DNA from: Vulcanimicrobiota bacterium
Lineage (GTDB): Bacteria > Vulcanimicrobiota > Vulcanimicrobiia > Vulcanimicrobiales > Vulcanimicrobiaceae
DNA length: 64,000 nt
Direction: 5' to 3'
Assembly (NCBI GenBank): GCA_963786105.1
Contig: CAWAXX010000018.1
Location: 32,001-96,000, forward strand
Shown here: positions 1 to 9,901 of the stretch, one piece after another
How positions within the stretch are numbered: the first letter of the stretch is position 1
How the letters are laid out: every line of letters begins with the position of its first letter
Notes under the pieces: model-generated
Told to the model about the DNA's origin: nothing
The model's database searches: none
What the model saw: only the letters and a program-made list of their open reading frames with translations
Program-made: the position numbers and the translations under genes

Positions 1-548
1 GTGGACAGTTCGTCGTGCGCGTCGACGGAATGCCTGCCGGAATTGGCAGCAACCGCCAGCCGAATCAGCGGCTCGACGGCATCCTGGCCGGCGCGTTAAT
101 GGGCATGCAGACCGTCAAAGCGGTGGAGATCGGTCTCGGCGCCGGTGTGGCGGGCAAGCGCGGTTCTCAAGCTCACGATGTCTTCGCACTCGATCACGGC
201 GCGGTCGTCCGCGGGAGCAATCGCGCCGGCGGCATCGAGGGCGGTATGAGCAACGGGCAGCCCATCGTCGTGCGCGTGTCGGTGAAACCGATTCCCACCT
301 TGATGAGGGCGTTGCCGTCGGTGAACTTGCACGCGCGCGCGGAGGCACCGGCGACCATCGTGCGCAGCGACGTCTGCGTCGTGCCGGCAGCCGCCATCGT
401 CGGCGAAGCCATGGTACGGCTGGCGTTGATCGCGCCGGTCTTGGAAAAATATGGTGGCGACTCCATGGAAGAGACGCTCGACAACCTGCACCGCAGCACC
501 GATGCCGCCGCGGCACTGTTCGAAGAGAGCCAGACGGAGAACGCGTGA
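1..548 (+). CDS. aroC: Chorismate synthase (5'-truncated by window edge)
   Basis: Motifs SNRAGGIEGGMSNG, KPIPTL and RSDVC; frame is open back to position 3. Confidence 0.95.
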   Translation, partial: GQFVVRVDGMPAGIGSNRQPNQRLDGILAGALMGMQTVKAVEIGLGAGVAGKRGSQAHDVFALDHGAVVRGSNRAGGIEGGMSNGQPIVVRVSVKPIPTLMRALPSVNLHARAEAPATIVRSDVCVVPAAAIVGEAMVRLALIAPVLEKYGGDSMEETLDNLHRSTDAAAALFEESQTENA

Positions 549-1069
549 GACGCCACATTGCGTTGGTTGGGTTCATGGCATCGGGTAAGTCGACGATCGG
601 CAAGCGGCTCGCGCGCAAGCTCAAATGCGCGTTCTTCGACACCGACGATTTAGTCGTGCGCGAACACGGCGCCGTCTCGGATATATTCTACAACGAAGGT
701 GAGGGAGCGTTCCGCCGCTACGAGAGCGCCGCGCTCGAACACGTGTTGGAAGAAGGAGAACCCGGGGTCGTGGCGCTCGGCGGCGGTGCGCTTACCATCG
801 ACGAGAACCAAAAGCTGCTCAAGAAACGGGCCTATCGGGTATTTATCAAGATTTCACCCGAACAGGCTCTGGAGAGACTACGCCGCAGCCGGTGGGTGCG
901 CCCGCTGCTCGGCCCGACGCCGTCGCTGGCAAAGATCAAGGAAATCTACACGCGGCGGATGCCGCAGTACGCGCACGCCGACCACGTCGTCGAAGCCGAC
1001 CACCTGAGCACTTCGCAAGTCGTCGACAACATCATCGAGTGGTTGCACAAGAAGAAGATCGAGATCTAA
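545..1069 (+). CDS. aroK: Shikimate kinase
   Basis: GFMASGKST P-loop, DTD, GEGAFRRYE, LGGG, RPLL; GTGA overlap with aroC stop. Confidence 0.95.
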   Translation: MRRHIALVGFMASGKSTIGKRLARKLKCAFFDTDDLVVREHGAVSDIFYNEGEGAFRRYESAALEHVLEEGEPGVVALGGGALTIDENQKLLKKRAYRVFIKISPEQALERLRRSRWVRPLLGPTPSLAKIKEIYTRRMPQYAHADHVVEADHLSTSQVVDNIIEWLHKKKIEI

Positions 1070-2148
1070 GCCTGCCGGTCGTCAACCACGACCTGGGCTA
1101 TCCGGTGACGATCGGCGACGGCCTGCGCAGCGACATCGCGCGCTTCGTGCGCGAGCGGGGCGCGCCGGTCGTCGTGGTGTGCGACGCCAATCCGCACGTC
1201 CGACGTATTGCCGGCGCCATCGCGGCCGCGCTGCGCCTCAATGAGGATGCCGTAATCGGCGTTGCGCTGGGAGAATCGCGTAAACGCCTGACGACGGTCG
1301 AGCACGTTCTCGAGCGCCTGTTCGCCGCCGGCGCCGACCGCGGCACGCTGCTTCTCGGCGTCGGCGGCGGGGTTGCCGGCGATACGTTCGGATTCGCGGC
1401 AGCCACCTACATGCGCGGCATTACGTACGCGCACGTGGCGACCTCGCTGGTTGCGATGGTCGACGCGGCCATCGGCGGCAAGACCGGCGTCGACCTGCGC
1501 GACGGCAAGAACCTCGCCGGCGTTTTCAAGGATCCGATCGCGGTGTTTTGCGACGTCTCCGCGCTGTAGACGCTGCCGTTCCGGTCGTTACGCGAAGGCT
1601 TAGCCGAGGTCGTCAAGTCCGGCGTCATCGAGGGACACGACTTGTTCGACTCGCTCGAGGTTCTGTCGCCGCATCCGTTTGGAAAATGGCCGTGGGCATC
1701 GGTCATCGCTGCCACCGTAAAAGTGAAGTCGGCGATCGTTGCCGACGACCGTCACGAAGCGGGCATGCGCGAACTGCTCAACCTCGGGCATACGTTTGCG
1801 CACGCCATTGAACGCGCGTCGGACTACCGCGTCGGTCACGGTGCGGCCGTCGCGGTCGGGTTGCGCGGCGCCGGGCTACTCGCGCTGCGAACCGGCCGTT
1901 TCAGCGAGCGCGAGCATCTGCGCGTTCTAGCGCTGCTGGCACTGCTGGGTTTGCCGATGCGCACCTCGGTCGATCCCAACGCGATCTTCGCGGCGATGCG
2001 CGGTGATAAGAAGCGGCGCGGCGGCAAGCTGCGATTCGTGCTCCCGCGCGCGATCGGCGACGTGGAATACGGCGTCATCGGTAACGAGCGCACCGTTCGA
2101 TCGGTGCTTGCGCGCCTGCAGCGGCCGCCCGAGGCCCTACGCCGATAG
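1039..2148 (+). pseudogene. aroB: 3-dehydroquinate synthase interrupted by an in-frame TAG at 1567-1569 (true lesion or sequence error); start uncertain (GTG 1039 used)
   Basis: GGGVAGD, MRGI, DAAIGGKTG, KNLAG before the stop; TLP..LREGLAEVVK, LLNLGHTFAHAIE, HGAAV, DKK after it in the same frame. Confidence 0.85.
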
Positions 2149-4541
2149 TTCGCGTCGTCGACGTCTTACCCGCGATTCGCTCGTCGCGCTTCGATCTGCC
2201 GCTCACCTACGACGCCGGCGACCTCGAACTGACCGTCGGCGACGTCGTTCGCGTAACCGTCCGCAATCGCGAGGTCGTCGCGTTCGTCGTGTCACCGGTC
2301 AGCGAATCCGCTCCCGCAGAGCGCGCGCTCAAACCCGTGTTCGAGCGGCTCGGCGTTCCACGCGCGTTCGACGAGGACGGGCTGCACCTGGCGCGCTTCG
2401 TAGCAGATCGGTACATTTGCACGCTGGGCGACGCGCTCGGCGCGGTCGTGTTCTCGGGCGCCGTTCCGCGGATTCGCGATACGTTTGCGTTCGCCGGGGC
2501 CCGGCCGGATGCCGAGCGTTATCCCTCGATTCCGCCGCGCCTCATACGGCTGATTTGGGAAGATTTTTCGGACGGCTTCGAACTCGAGCGGCTGCTTCGC
2601 CATCCCGACGCCCGGCGGGCCGGCGATCGCGGCGCGCTGCTGCGGCACGTGCAGAGTCTAGTCCGCGGCGGCGACCTGCGGCGGGAGCGCCGCTTGACCG
2701 ATCCGCGGACGCGCGAATATCGCGTCAAGGTGCTCGAACTCGGAGACGCGGCGATCAGGGGGAAGAAGGCGGAAGGATTGGTCGCTTTCGTGCGCGCGCA
2801 ACCCGGCGGTGTTCCACGCGCCGACGCGCTACTAGCGGGCTTTTCCAACGCCGTGATCGCGCGAACGGTCAAGGCCGGCGCCTTGCGCGAGCGCGAGATT
2901 GCGCCGGCGGCAGCGGCTCGGGAAGGCGCCACCGTTGAAGCCCCCGCGCTGCCTCCAACCGCGGAGCAAACTGCGGCCCTCGAGCGCATCGCTCGCTCTC
3001 TCGACGCGGGCCGATTCGACGAGACGTTATTATACGGGGTGACCGGGAGCGGCAAGACGTACGTCTATGTCGAGGCCATCAAACGCGTGGTGCGCGAAGG
3101 GGGCCGCGCGATCGTTCTGGTTCCCGAGATTTCGTTGACGCCTCAGACGGCCCGTCGGTTCGAGGCGGCCTTCGGACGGCGCGTCGCCGTGCTCCACTCG
3201 GCGCTGTCGGAGCGCGAGCGCTTCGACGCCTGGCAAGCCTGCCGGCGCGACGAGATCGACGTGCTCGTTGGGGCGCGCAGCGCGGTTTTCGCGCCGCTGC
3301 ACGGCGTGCGCCTGCTGATCGTCGACGAGTCGCACGAGACCTCGTACAAGCAGGACACGGTGCCGCGGTATCATGCGGTCGCCGTCGCCCGCGAGCGAAT
3401 GCGGCGCGAAGACGGGGCGCTGCTGCTCGGGAGTGCCACGCCGTCGGTGGAGAGTTACGCGGCGGCGCGCGCCGGTAAGATCGGCCTGGTCGAAATGCAC
3501 CGCCGGGCGACCAATCTGCCGATGCCGGCCGTCCGCGTCGTGGACCTCGGCGAAGAGTTCGAAAGCGGCAACCGCCGGATCTTTAGCAGCGCCCTGGTGC
3601 AGGCGCTGGCCGCGCGGATCGATCGCGGCGAGAAGAGCGTGCTCTTCGTTAATCGCCGCGGAAGCGCCGGCTTCATACTGTGCCGACGCTGCGGAACGGT
3701 ACCGCAGTGTCCGCGTTGCAGCGTCTCGTTGTCGGTTCATCGCAGCGAAGAGTTGCTCCGCTGCCACTATTGCGACTATCAAACGCGCTTGCCCAACGCA
3801 TGTCCGGCGTGCGGCAGCGATACGATTCGCGAGTTCGGAATCGGCACTGAGGCCGTCGCCGAAGAGGTGCGCCGGCTCTTTCCGGAGGCGCGCGTGCTGC
3901 GGATGGACTCCGATACCACCACGCGCGTCGGCGACCACGCGCGAATTCTCGACGCATTCGAACAAGGCGGCGACGTGTTGGTCGGCACTCAAATGGTCGC
4001 CAAGGGCCTCGACTTTGCCGCCGTGACGCTCTCCGCGGTGGTGGCAGCGGACATCGGTTTGCACGCGCCGGACTTTCGCGCGGCCGAGCGCAGTTTCGGA
4101 TTGATCGCCCAGGTGTGCGGGCGCAGCGGACGCGCGAGCGCGGGAGAAGCTCTCGTCCAAACCTACGCTCCCAACGAACCGGCGATCGTGTATGCGGCGA
4201 ATCACGATTACCCCGGCTTCGCCGTTGGGGAGCTGCGCGACCGCGAGGCGCTGGGCTATCCGCCGGCGCGCCGCCTGATCTACCTCGGGGTCATTTCGCG
4301 CGCCCGCGAGGAGGCGCTAAACGCCGCGCGGCGCTACGCGCGCGTGTTGGAATCCGTCGAGCGATCCGAGGTTCTCGGACCGGCTCCGTATCCGATCGCG
4401 CGACTCAACGGAGAGTGGCGATTTCGCATCGCGGTCAAAACCGCCAAGCCGGCGGTCTTGCGCGCCGCCATCCGCAAACGCGTTCTGCCAGCCGCACGAG
4501 CCGACCGGCAGACGCGGCTCGCCATCAACGTGGATCCTTAA
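2145..4541 (+). CDS. priA: Primosomal protein N' (replication restart helicase); probable non-canonical start at ATA 2145
   Basis: GVTGSGKT, VPEISLTPQ, DESH, GSATPS, Cys-rich CxxC clusters, GTQMVAKG; N-terminal domain sequence continues upstream of the ORF-track start 2289. Confidence 0.92.
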   Translation: MVRVVDVLPAIRSSRFDLPLTYDAGDLELTVGDVVRVTVRNREVVAFVVSPVSESAPAERALKPVFERLGVPRAFDEDGLHLARFVADRYICTLGDALGAVVFSGAVPRIRDTFAFAGARPDAERYPSIPPRLIRLIWEDFSDGFELERLLRHPDARRAGDRGALLRHVQSLVRGGDLRRERRLTDPRTREYRVKVLELGDAAIRGKKAEGLVAFVRAQPGGVPRADALLAGFSNAVIARTVKAGALREREIAPAAAAREGATVEAPALPPTAEQTAALERIARSLDAGRFDETLLYGVTGSGKTYVYVEAIKRVVREGGRAIVLVPEISLTPQTARRFEAAFGRRVAVLHSALSERERFDAWQACRRDEIDVLVGARSAVFAPLHGVRLLIVDESHETSYKQDTVPRYHAVAVARERMRREDGALLLGSATPSVESYAAARAGKIGLVEMHRRATNLPMPAVRVVDLGEEFESGNRRIFSSALVQALAARIDRGEKSVLFVNRRGSAGFILCRRCGTVPQCPRCSVSLSVHRSEELLRCHYCDYQTRLPNACPACGSDTIREFGIGTEAVAEEVRRLFPEARVLRMDSDTTTRVGDHARILDAFEQGGDVLVGTQMVAKGLDFAAVTLSAVVAADIGLHAPDFRAAERSFGLIAQVCGRSGRASAGEALVQTYAPNEPAIVYAANHDYPGFAVGELRDREALGYPPARRLIYLGVISRAREEALNAARRYARVLESVERSEVLGPAPYPIARLNGEWRFRIAVKTAKPAVLRAAIRKRVLPAARADRQTRLAINVDP

Positions 4542-5731
4542 CGCGGAGCTCGTCGCAGCGCCGATGCCGGTAACACGATCTGCGAGAGCAGCAAGCCGGC
4601 GACGATTTGAATCGCCGCTACGATCGTGTTTGCCGCCTGAATCAATGCGCTGTCGATATTGTGCTGAAACGCGAACAGCACGCTCTCATAGCTCAAGCTG
4701 CCGGGCACTAGCACGACGAGCGCCGGCACCAACATGATCGCTTGCGGCACGCGCAGGTAACGCGCGCCCGTATTGGCGACGAGACCGCAGATAAAAGCCG
4801 CGAGGAAAGCCGAGACGGCGTGTGCCGACGTTCCGGCGAGGACGTGTGCGGTGAGCAGTGCAACGAAGCTCGACGCGAAGACCCACGAGAAGTCGCGCAG
4901 ACGCGCATCGAGGGTGATCGACATGCCCACTGCCATGCCGATCGAAGCGAGAATCCACCACGTTGCCGCGACCGGATGGCTTTGAACGCTGCCCGTGCTG
5001 ATCACCCACGGCACGATGGCCAACCCGAGAAATGCACCGCAACCCAGCGCGAGCAAAACGGAAAGGACGCGGCCGAGACGAGCCACGCCGGCGACCAGGA
5101 AGTCGTTAGCCAGTTCGTGTAACGCGAGCGTAAGGGAGTAACCGGGTAAGATGACCACGATGCCGGCGATGATGGAAATATAGATATTGGTCGGCCCGAG
5201 CAACTTCGTATACGCAGCGACGATCAGGGTGGCGGCAAAGGATGCGGCTACTGCGAACAGCCGAGCCATTACGGCGCTTTTGGCGGAGATGGTGCTAAGC
5301 GCTCCCGTGCACATGCCGATGGTCGCCGAAACGATGAGTTCGCGTGCTCCGCCGCCCAAAATCATGGTGACGCCGACGGCAATCAACGCGAGCGCCGGGA
5401 CTTCGAGCCACGCGGGCATCCCCGGCCAGCGGCTGTCCACTTCAGAGACTCGCGCGGTAGCCTCGGCGAGGTCGATGCGACCGGATCGCAGAGCGTCGTA
5501 GGTCTCGTTGAGCAACGCAATCTTGCGCAGGCTGACGCGGCCGGGTTCCAGCCGCATCATCACGGTGTGCTGCTGCCACGTCGGACCGACGGCGATCGTG
5601 ATGTACGTGGGAAGCGCGAATATCTCGACCTCGAGGCCAATCGAGGCGGCGACGTCGCCGAGCGTTTGCTCTATGGCGTCGGTAGCGATCCCGGCGCGGT
5701 GCAGCTCGCGACCCAGCGTCGCGAGAAACAC
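4538..5731 (-). CDS. ThrE-family threonine/serine exporter
   Basis: Multi-TM protein with LGRELHRAG, ALPT, LPGYSLT, LVPGS motifs; may start at GTA 5752. Confidence 0.8.
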   Translation of the reverse strand: MFLATLGRELHRAGIATDAIEQTLGDVAASIGLEVEIFALPTYITIAVGPTWQQHTVMMRLEPGRVSLRKIALLNETYDALRSGRIDLAEATARVSEVDSRWPGMPAWLEVPALALIAVGVTMILGGGARELIVSATIGMCTGALSTISAKSAVMARLFAVAASFAATLIVAAYTKLLGPTNIYISIIAGIVVILPGYSLTLALHELANDFLVAGVARLGRVLSVLLALGCGAFLGLAIVPWVISTGSVQSHPVAATWWILASIGMAVGMSITLDARLRDFSWVFASSFVALLTAHVLAGTSAHAVSAFLAAFICGLVANTGARYLRVPQAIMLVPALVVLVPGSLSYESVLFAFQHNIDSALIQAANTIVAAIQIVAGLLLSQIVLPASALRRAPR

Positions 5732-5748
5732 CTCGCGCGGATCGGGCG

Positions 5749-6072
5749 CTACTTCTTGGCGGCCTTCTTGGACGCGGCGGCGGATTTCTTCGATTTCGTC
5801 GCCTTCGTTCTGGCCGTTTTCACCGGCGCGGTCGAAGCGCGCGCGATCGCCTTCGCAAGCCGGGCCTTCTTACGCGCGGCTTTGTTCTTATGGATGATGC
5901 CTTTGCCGGCCGCCTTGTCCAGGGCGCTCTCGACCGATGCCGCCGGCACGTCGCTCCCGAGCGCTGCGGCCTTCTTGTAGAGCGTCTTCAAGCGCGTAGC
6001 GGCATCCTTGTTGCGCGTCGTGCGCTTCTCGGACTGCCGGGACCATTTTTCAGCGGCTTTAATGTTGGGCAA
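5749..6072 (-). CDS. rpsT: 30S ribosomal protein S20 with Lys/Ala-rich C-terminal tail
   Basis: TTG-PNIKAAEK..RN, LDKAAGKGIIHKNKAARKKARL. Confidence 0.93.
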   Translation of the reverse strand: MPNIKAAEKWSRQSEKRTTRNKDAATRLKTLYKKAAALGSDVPAASVESALDKAAGKGIIHKNKAARKKARLAKAIARASTAPVKTARTKATKSKKSAAASKKAAKK

Positions 6073-6119
6073 ACGGGATCTCTCTTTCGTGAAAGCGCCG
6101 GGCAACGGCCAGAAGTATA

Positions 6120-6842
6120 TCAGCCCGGCTTGGGAGTGTCTAGCGCGGGCTCGGCGGGAACGATCGTCTCGGCCGGCCGGTCGGGCGTCCGAATCAGGAC
6201 GATGCCGGTAGCGACGATCCAAACGGCCGACGGGAGCGCCCCCATCAGACCCGGACCAGGACCGGTGGGCGACATGGTCGGATCGGTGTGGAAAATGGAG
6301 AGCGTCGAGTACGCAGCTCCGAAAGCCGCGAGATAACCGAGCCAAGCGAGCCACGGCGGTGCGGAATGATGGCGACGCATGCTATGAGCGGCGGCAAACA
6401 GGAAGATGGCCACCGGAGCGTAGCCGAGCCCTTCCTGGGTGAAGATGAAGGCGGCGTAAATCCCCGCCAGGCCGTTAGCTTGGAACGTTTCCGGCCGGAC
6501 GTATACCAGGGCCGTTTGAAACGAAGCCGCCAGCAGTGCCTCGGTTGTCATGACGACGCCGGCGATCAGCGCGAACGTGGGTAAGCCTTCGGGACGCCCG
6601 GGCGCCTGGCTCAGGTAGCCGCGCAGGCCTACCAGAAACCAGAGGAAGAACGCGGCCGCCGGAAAGCTTAGCCAGGCCCCAAACAGCAAATTGCTGCGGT
6701 TCATGTCGATCAGCAGGGCGAGGTGGGCGGGATCGTACGTCGGTGGGGCGAGCGGGCTGGTCTTGTACGTCGCAATCATGAGAACGGCGACGAAGCATAG
6801 TGCCGACCAGCCGGCGGAACGTTCCGCGTGGACGTTTTGCAT
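6120..6842 (-). CDS. Hypothetical integral membrane protein
   Basis: 240 aa with about 6 hydrophobic segments; ATG preceded by AGGAG. Confidence 0.7.
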   Translation of the reverse strand: MQNVHAERSAGWSALCFVAVLMIATYKTSPLAPPTYDPAHLALLIDMNRSNLLFGAWLSFPAAAFFLWFLVGLRGYLSQAPGRPEGLPTFALIAGVVMTTEALLAASFQTALVYVRPETFQANGLAGIYAAFIFTQEGLGYAPVAIFLFAAAHSMRRHHSAPPWLAWLGYLAAFGAAYSTLSIFHTDPTMSPTGPGPGLMGALPSAVWIVATGIVLIRTPDRPAETIVPAEPALDTPKPG

Positions 6843-6891
6843 AGTAGGCGCTCCTTAACGCTTTGGGAAGACGCTCCTCCCCGGCTCCGCG

Positions 6892-7779
6892 CTAAGTAGG
6901 CTCCGCGAGAATTCGTGCGTAACTCGCATACCGGCTGTTCGCGATGCGCCCTTCGGAGAGCGCCGCCAGCACGGCGCAATCGGGTTCGTGCAGATGCGTG
7001 CAGTCGCTGAAACGGCATCGCTGCATCGGCTCGCACATCTCCCGAAAACCCGGAGCCAGCTCGGCCGGCGCGATCTTTCCGAGGCCGAACTCGTTAACGC
7101 CAGGGCTGTCGATCAGAAAGCCGTCGCCCATCCGATACAGTCGCGCCGTCGTGGTCGTTTGGCGCCCGACTCCGAAGCGCGAAACATCGCCGACGACGGC
7201 CTGACCGCCGAGCGCGCGAAAAATCGTGCTCTTTCCGACGCCCGAGTTGCCCGCCAGCATCGCCCGATGACCTCGGATCGCCTCGCGCAGCGCATCGACG
7301 TTTTCGCCGCGTTTCGGATTGACGACGATCGCCGGATACTCGAGCCCGCGATAGATCCCAACGAGGCGCTCTATGTCGTCCGGCTCGCTGAGGTCCGGCT
7401 TCGTAAACACTGGGACCGCGCCGACGTTTTGCAACTCGCAGAACGCCAAGATCTGATCGAGCGTCACTAGCCGCGGCGCCGGGTTCGCAAGCGCCGTTAC
7501 GACGACCAGCAGATCGACGTTTGCCGCCATCGTCTTCGAACGCCCGCGCGACGCGCGCCGCTCGAGCGTGAAAGCCCGTGGTTCGATGCGTTCGACCACG
7601 GCGGCTCCGTCCTCGAGCGGCCGAACGCTGACGACGTCACCCGGCACCGGCATGAAGCGTTTTCCGGTCATTCGGCGCAGTTGCGCGAGGCGCGGTTCAG
7701 ATTCGCCATCGACGGAGATCCATGCGGAATTCTTCCCGGTTGCAAGCACGAGCGCGCGCCGCGGCTCGTCTACGCGCAA
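6892..7779 (-). CDS. rsgA: Ribosome small subunit-dependent GTPase A
   Basis: Circularly permuted GTPase motifs TKPD, GNSGVGKST, GRQTTT, DSPG; CRFSDCTHLHEPDC zinc finger. Confidence 0.95.
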   Translation of the reverse strand: MRVDEPRRALVLATGKNSAWISVDGESEPRLAQLRRMTGKRFMPVPGDVVSVRPLEDGAAVVERIEPRAFTLERRASRGRSKTMAANVDLLVVVTALANPAPRLVTLDQILAFCELQNVGAVPVFTKPDLSEPDDIERLVGIYRGLEYPAIVVNPKRGENVDALREAIRGHRAMLAGNSGVGKSTIFRALGGQAVVGDVSRFGVGRQTTTTARLYRMGDGFLIDSPGVNEFGLGKIAPAELAPGFREMCEPMQRCRFSDCTHLHEPDCAVLAALSEGRIANSRYASYARILAEPT

Positions 7780-7814
7780 GATTGAGCCGCGTCGGCGCCT
7801 AACGAAGTCCGCAC

Positions 7815-8360
7815 GTGATCTTTATAACCGTGAGGACCACCGGTGCGAGCGATGACGCGCTGCACGCTAGGATCGATCTAGCCGTCGGCGCGCTCGGCGG
7901 GCGCAGCCGCTGGCGCAATTCGGCTCGAGCCTCGCGGTCGTACGGTCTGCTGGAACTGCCCGACGGGCAACGTGGCGCGACCCTAGCTGCGGCGGGCGGC
8001 GCGATCGTCTTCGAGTCGCCGATCATCGCTCTTGCAGTTTTCCCCGCGGTTGCCGAAGCCTTGCCGACGTTGCTCGCGGCCCTGGCCGGAGCCGGCCGGC
8101 CTGGCGGCGTGGTGGCGTGCGAGCCGATCGACGGCGGCATCGCGATCGAGTGGGATCCGCAGCGAACGAGCGCCGGCATCGTATTGGGGATCGTTGACGT
8201 CGAGTTGGCGCGGTTTCACAGCGGCCGCACCGCCGAGTTGCTGACGCCGTTGCCGCCGGCCTGGGTCGCCGAGATTGCCGCGGATGGCTTGCAGGCTGCC
8301 GGCATGTCCTCAGACCGCGTCCTCGAAGATCTGATCGAGCGAGCCGGTCTCCATGCTTAG
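7815..8360 (+). CDS. Hypothetical protein overlapping the cdaA start
   Basis: 181-aa ORF that fills the gap and overlaps cdaA by 8 nt. Confidence 0.65.
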   Translation: MIFITVRTTGASDDALHARIDLAVGALGGRSRWRNSARASRSYGLLELPDGQRGATLAAAGGAIVFESPIIALAVFPAVAEALPTLLAALAGAGRPGGVVACEPIDGGIAIEWDPQRTSAGIVLGIVDVELARFHSGRTAELLTPLPPAWVAEIAADGLQAAGMSSDRVLEDLIERAGLHA

Positions 8361-9252
8361 CACGGTTTTTTCCTACGTCGGGATCACCGACGTCCTCGAC
8401 GTCATCGCCACGAGCGTCGTCATTTACTACTTGCTGCTGCTCATTCGAGGAACGCGCGCGGTGCAAATCCTCATGGGCATCCTGGTGTTGGTCGCGCTGC
8501 TCGGGATTGCGAACCTGCTGCACCTATACTTGCTCGTAACGATTCTGCAACTGCTGGTCGTCGGCGCGGCGGTCACCATACCGATCGTATTTCAGCCCGA
8601 GCTGCGCCGCGCGCTCGAACAGATCGGACGCGGCGGCCTCTTCCGAATAGACAGCGACGACCGTGGCGGGGGGGCGCTGACGCGGCCGGAAGACAGTGCC
8701 ATTGCCGCGCTTGCGCAGGCCGCATTCTTGCTGTCGCGATCCAAGCTCGGGGGGCTTATCGTGATCGAACAACAGAGCGGACTCAAAGAGTTCTGCGAGA
8801 CCGGAACGGCGCTCGATGCACGTCTCTCGACGGAACTCCTGCTCTCGATCTTCATGCCGCGCTCGCCGCTGCACGACGGTGCGGCGATCGTGCGCGAAAA
8901 TCAGATCGTGGCCGCCGGGTGTTTTTTGCCGCTGGCAGAGCAGTCGGCCCTCACCGCCGGACGCATCGGAACGCGCCATCGCGCCGCCCTCGGCTTGACC
9001 GAGCAGACCGACGCCGTCGTCGTGATCGTCTCCGAGGAAACGGGCGCGATTTCAATCGCCCGGGACGGTAAGCTTTCGCGCCCTGTAGAGGAAGAGCCGC
9101 GTTTGGTGAAGATGCTTTTGGCGGTGACGCGGCCGCCGCGTCACGCGCGTCATCTCCGCAACGATTTAGTTTCGCATCTTCGTTCGCGGTTGATGCCGCC
9201 GCGCGACACGGAGAAGCCACGTGCAGATCATCCGCAGGAACTTCGCACTTAA
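8353..9252 (+). CDS. cdaA: Diadenylate cyclase CdaA
   Basis: 3 N-terminal TM helices, FQPELRRALE, PLHDGA, GTRHRAA, SEETG. Confidence 0.95.
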   Translation: MLSTVFSYVGITDVLDVIATSVVIYYLLLLIRGTRAVQILMGILVLVALLGIANLLHLYLLVTILQLLVVGAAVTIPIVFQPELRRALEQIGRGGLFRIDSDDRGGGALTRPEDSAIAALAQAAFLLSRSKLGGLIVIEQQSGLKEFCETGTALDARLSTELLLSIFMPRSPLHDGAAIVRENQIVAAGCFLPLAEQSALTAGRIGTRHRAALGLTEQTDAVVVIVSEETGAISIARDGKLSRPVEEEPRLVKMLLAVTRPPRHARHLRNDLVSHLRSRLMPPRDTEKPRADHPQELRT

Positions 9253-9901
9253 AGCCCTCGCCGTTTGCCTCGCGATCGTCGGATGGGCGTACTTTCGCTT
9301 CGCCACCAATCCGATCGTCGCGGCGGCCCGGTTCGCACAACAGATCTCGGTGCCGATTACCGCGGTAAATCTGCCACCGGGATACGTCGCTCACTTCACC
9401 GACCGCGAAGCCGTCGTGACGGTCGAAACCCGACGCGGCGATGCAGCGCTCAAACCCGACGAAATCAAAGCGTTGCTGGACCTTTCCAACAAGGGGTCCG
9501 GTGTGTACAACGTTCCGGTCGCGCTCGTCGCGCCCGCGATAGCAATCCAAAGTTTGAGCCCGGCGTCGGTGACGCTGACGATCGAGAAAGTTGAGAGCCA
9601 GCCGTATCCTCTTTCGCTCCACTACGTCGGCGGCAGCCAGCCCGGCACGATTGTGGTTACCGGCGTGCAGCTCGCGCCGAAGGTGGTCACCGTTCAAGGC
9701 TCGGCGACGCTATTGGCCCAGGTCGCCGCGGTCCACCTCGACGTCGCGTTGCCCAACGAACCGAAGACGCTGGACGAAATGGTGCGGCCGGTCGCGGTCG
9801 ACGCGCAGGGCGGGGAAATCGGCGGATTGGAGATCACTCCGAACTTAGTCCGCGTGCAAATGCACCTGATCGCGGGTACGGGCGCGGCGGTGAAACGGTG
9901 A
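9221..9901 (+). CDS. cdaR: CdaR/YbbR-like regulator of diadenylate cyclase
   Basis: N-terminal NFALKALAVCLAI.W TM segment, YbbR-like beta-rich repeats, position between cdaA and glmM. Confidence 0.8.
   Translation: MQIIRRNFALKALAVCLAIVGWAYFRFATNPIVAAARFAQQISVPITAVNLPPGYVAHFTDREAVVTVETRRGDAALKPDEIKALLDLSNKGSGVYNVPVALVAPAIAIQSLSPASVTLTIEKVESQPYPLSLHYVGGSQPGTIVVTGVQLAPKVVTVQGSATLLAQVAAVHLDVALPNEPKTLDEMVRPVAVDAQGGEIGGLEITPNLVRVQMHLIAGTGAAVKR

Noticed and set aside
1066..1074. Non-canonical CTA/CTG start for aroB at the aroK stop
   Set aside because: An in-frame GTG at 1039 offers a standard start, so this case was not counted
1567..1569. Genome-wide TAG recoding or pyrrolysine as the explanation for the aroB stop
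   Set aside because: TAG ends many conserved genes at their expected C-termini (glmS, carB, rsgA, pyrR), and no pyl genes are in the window
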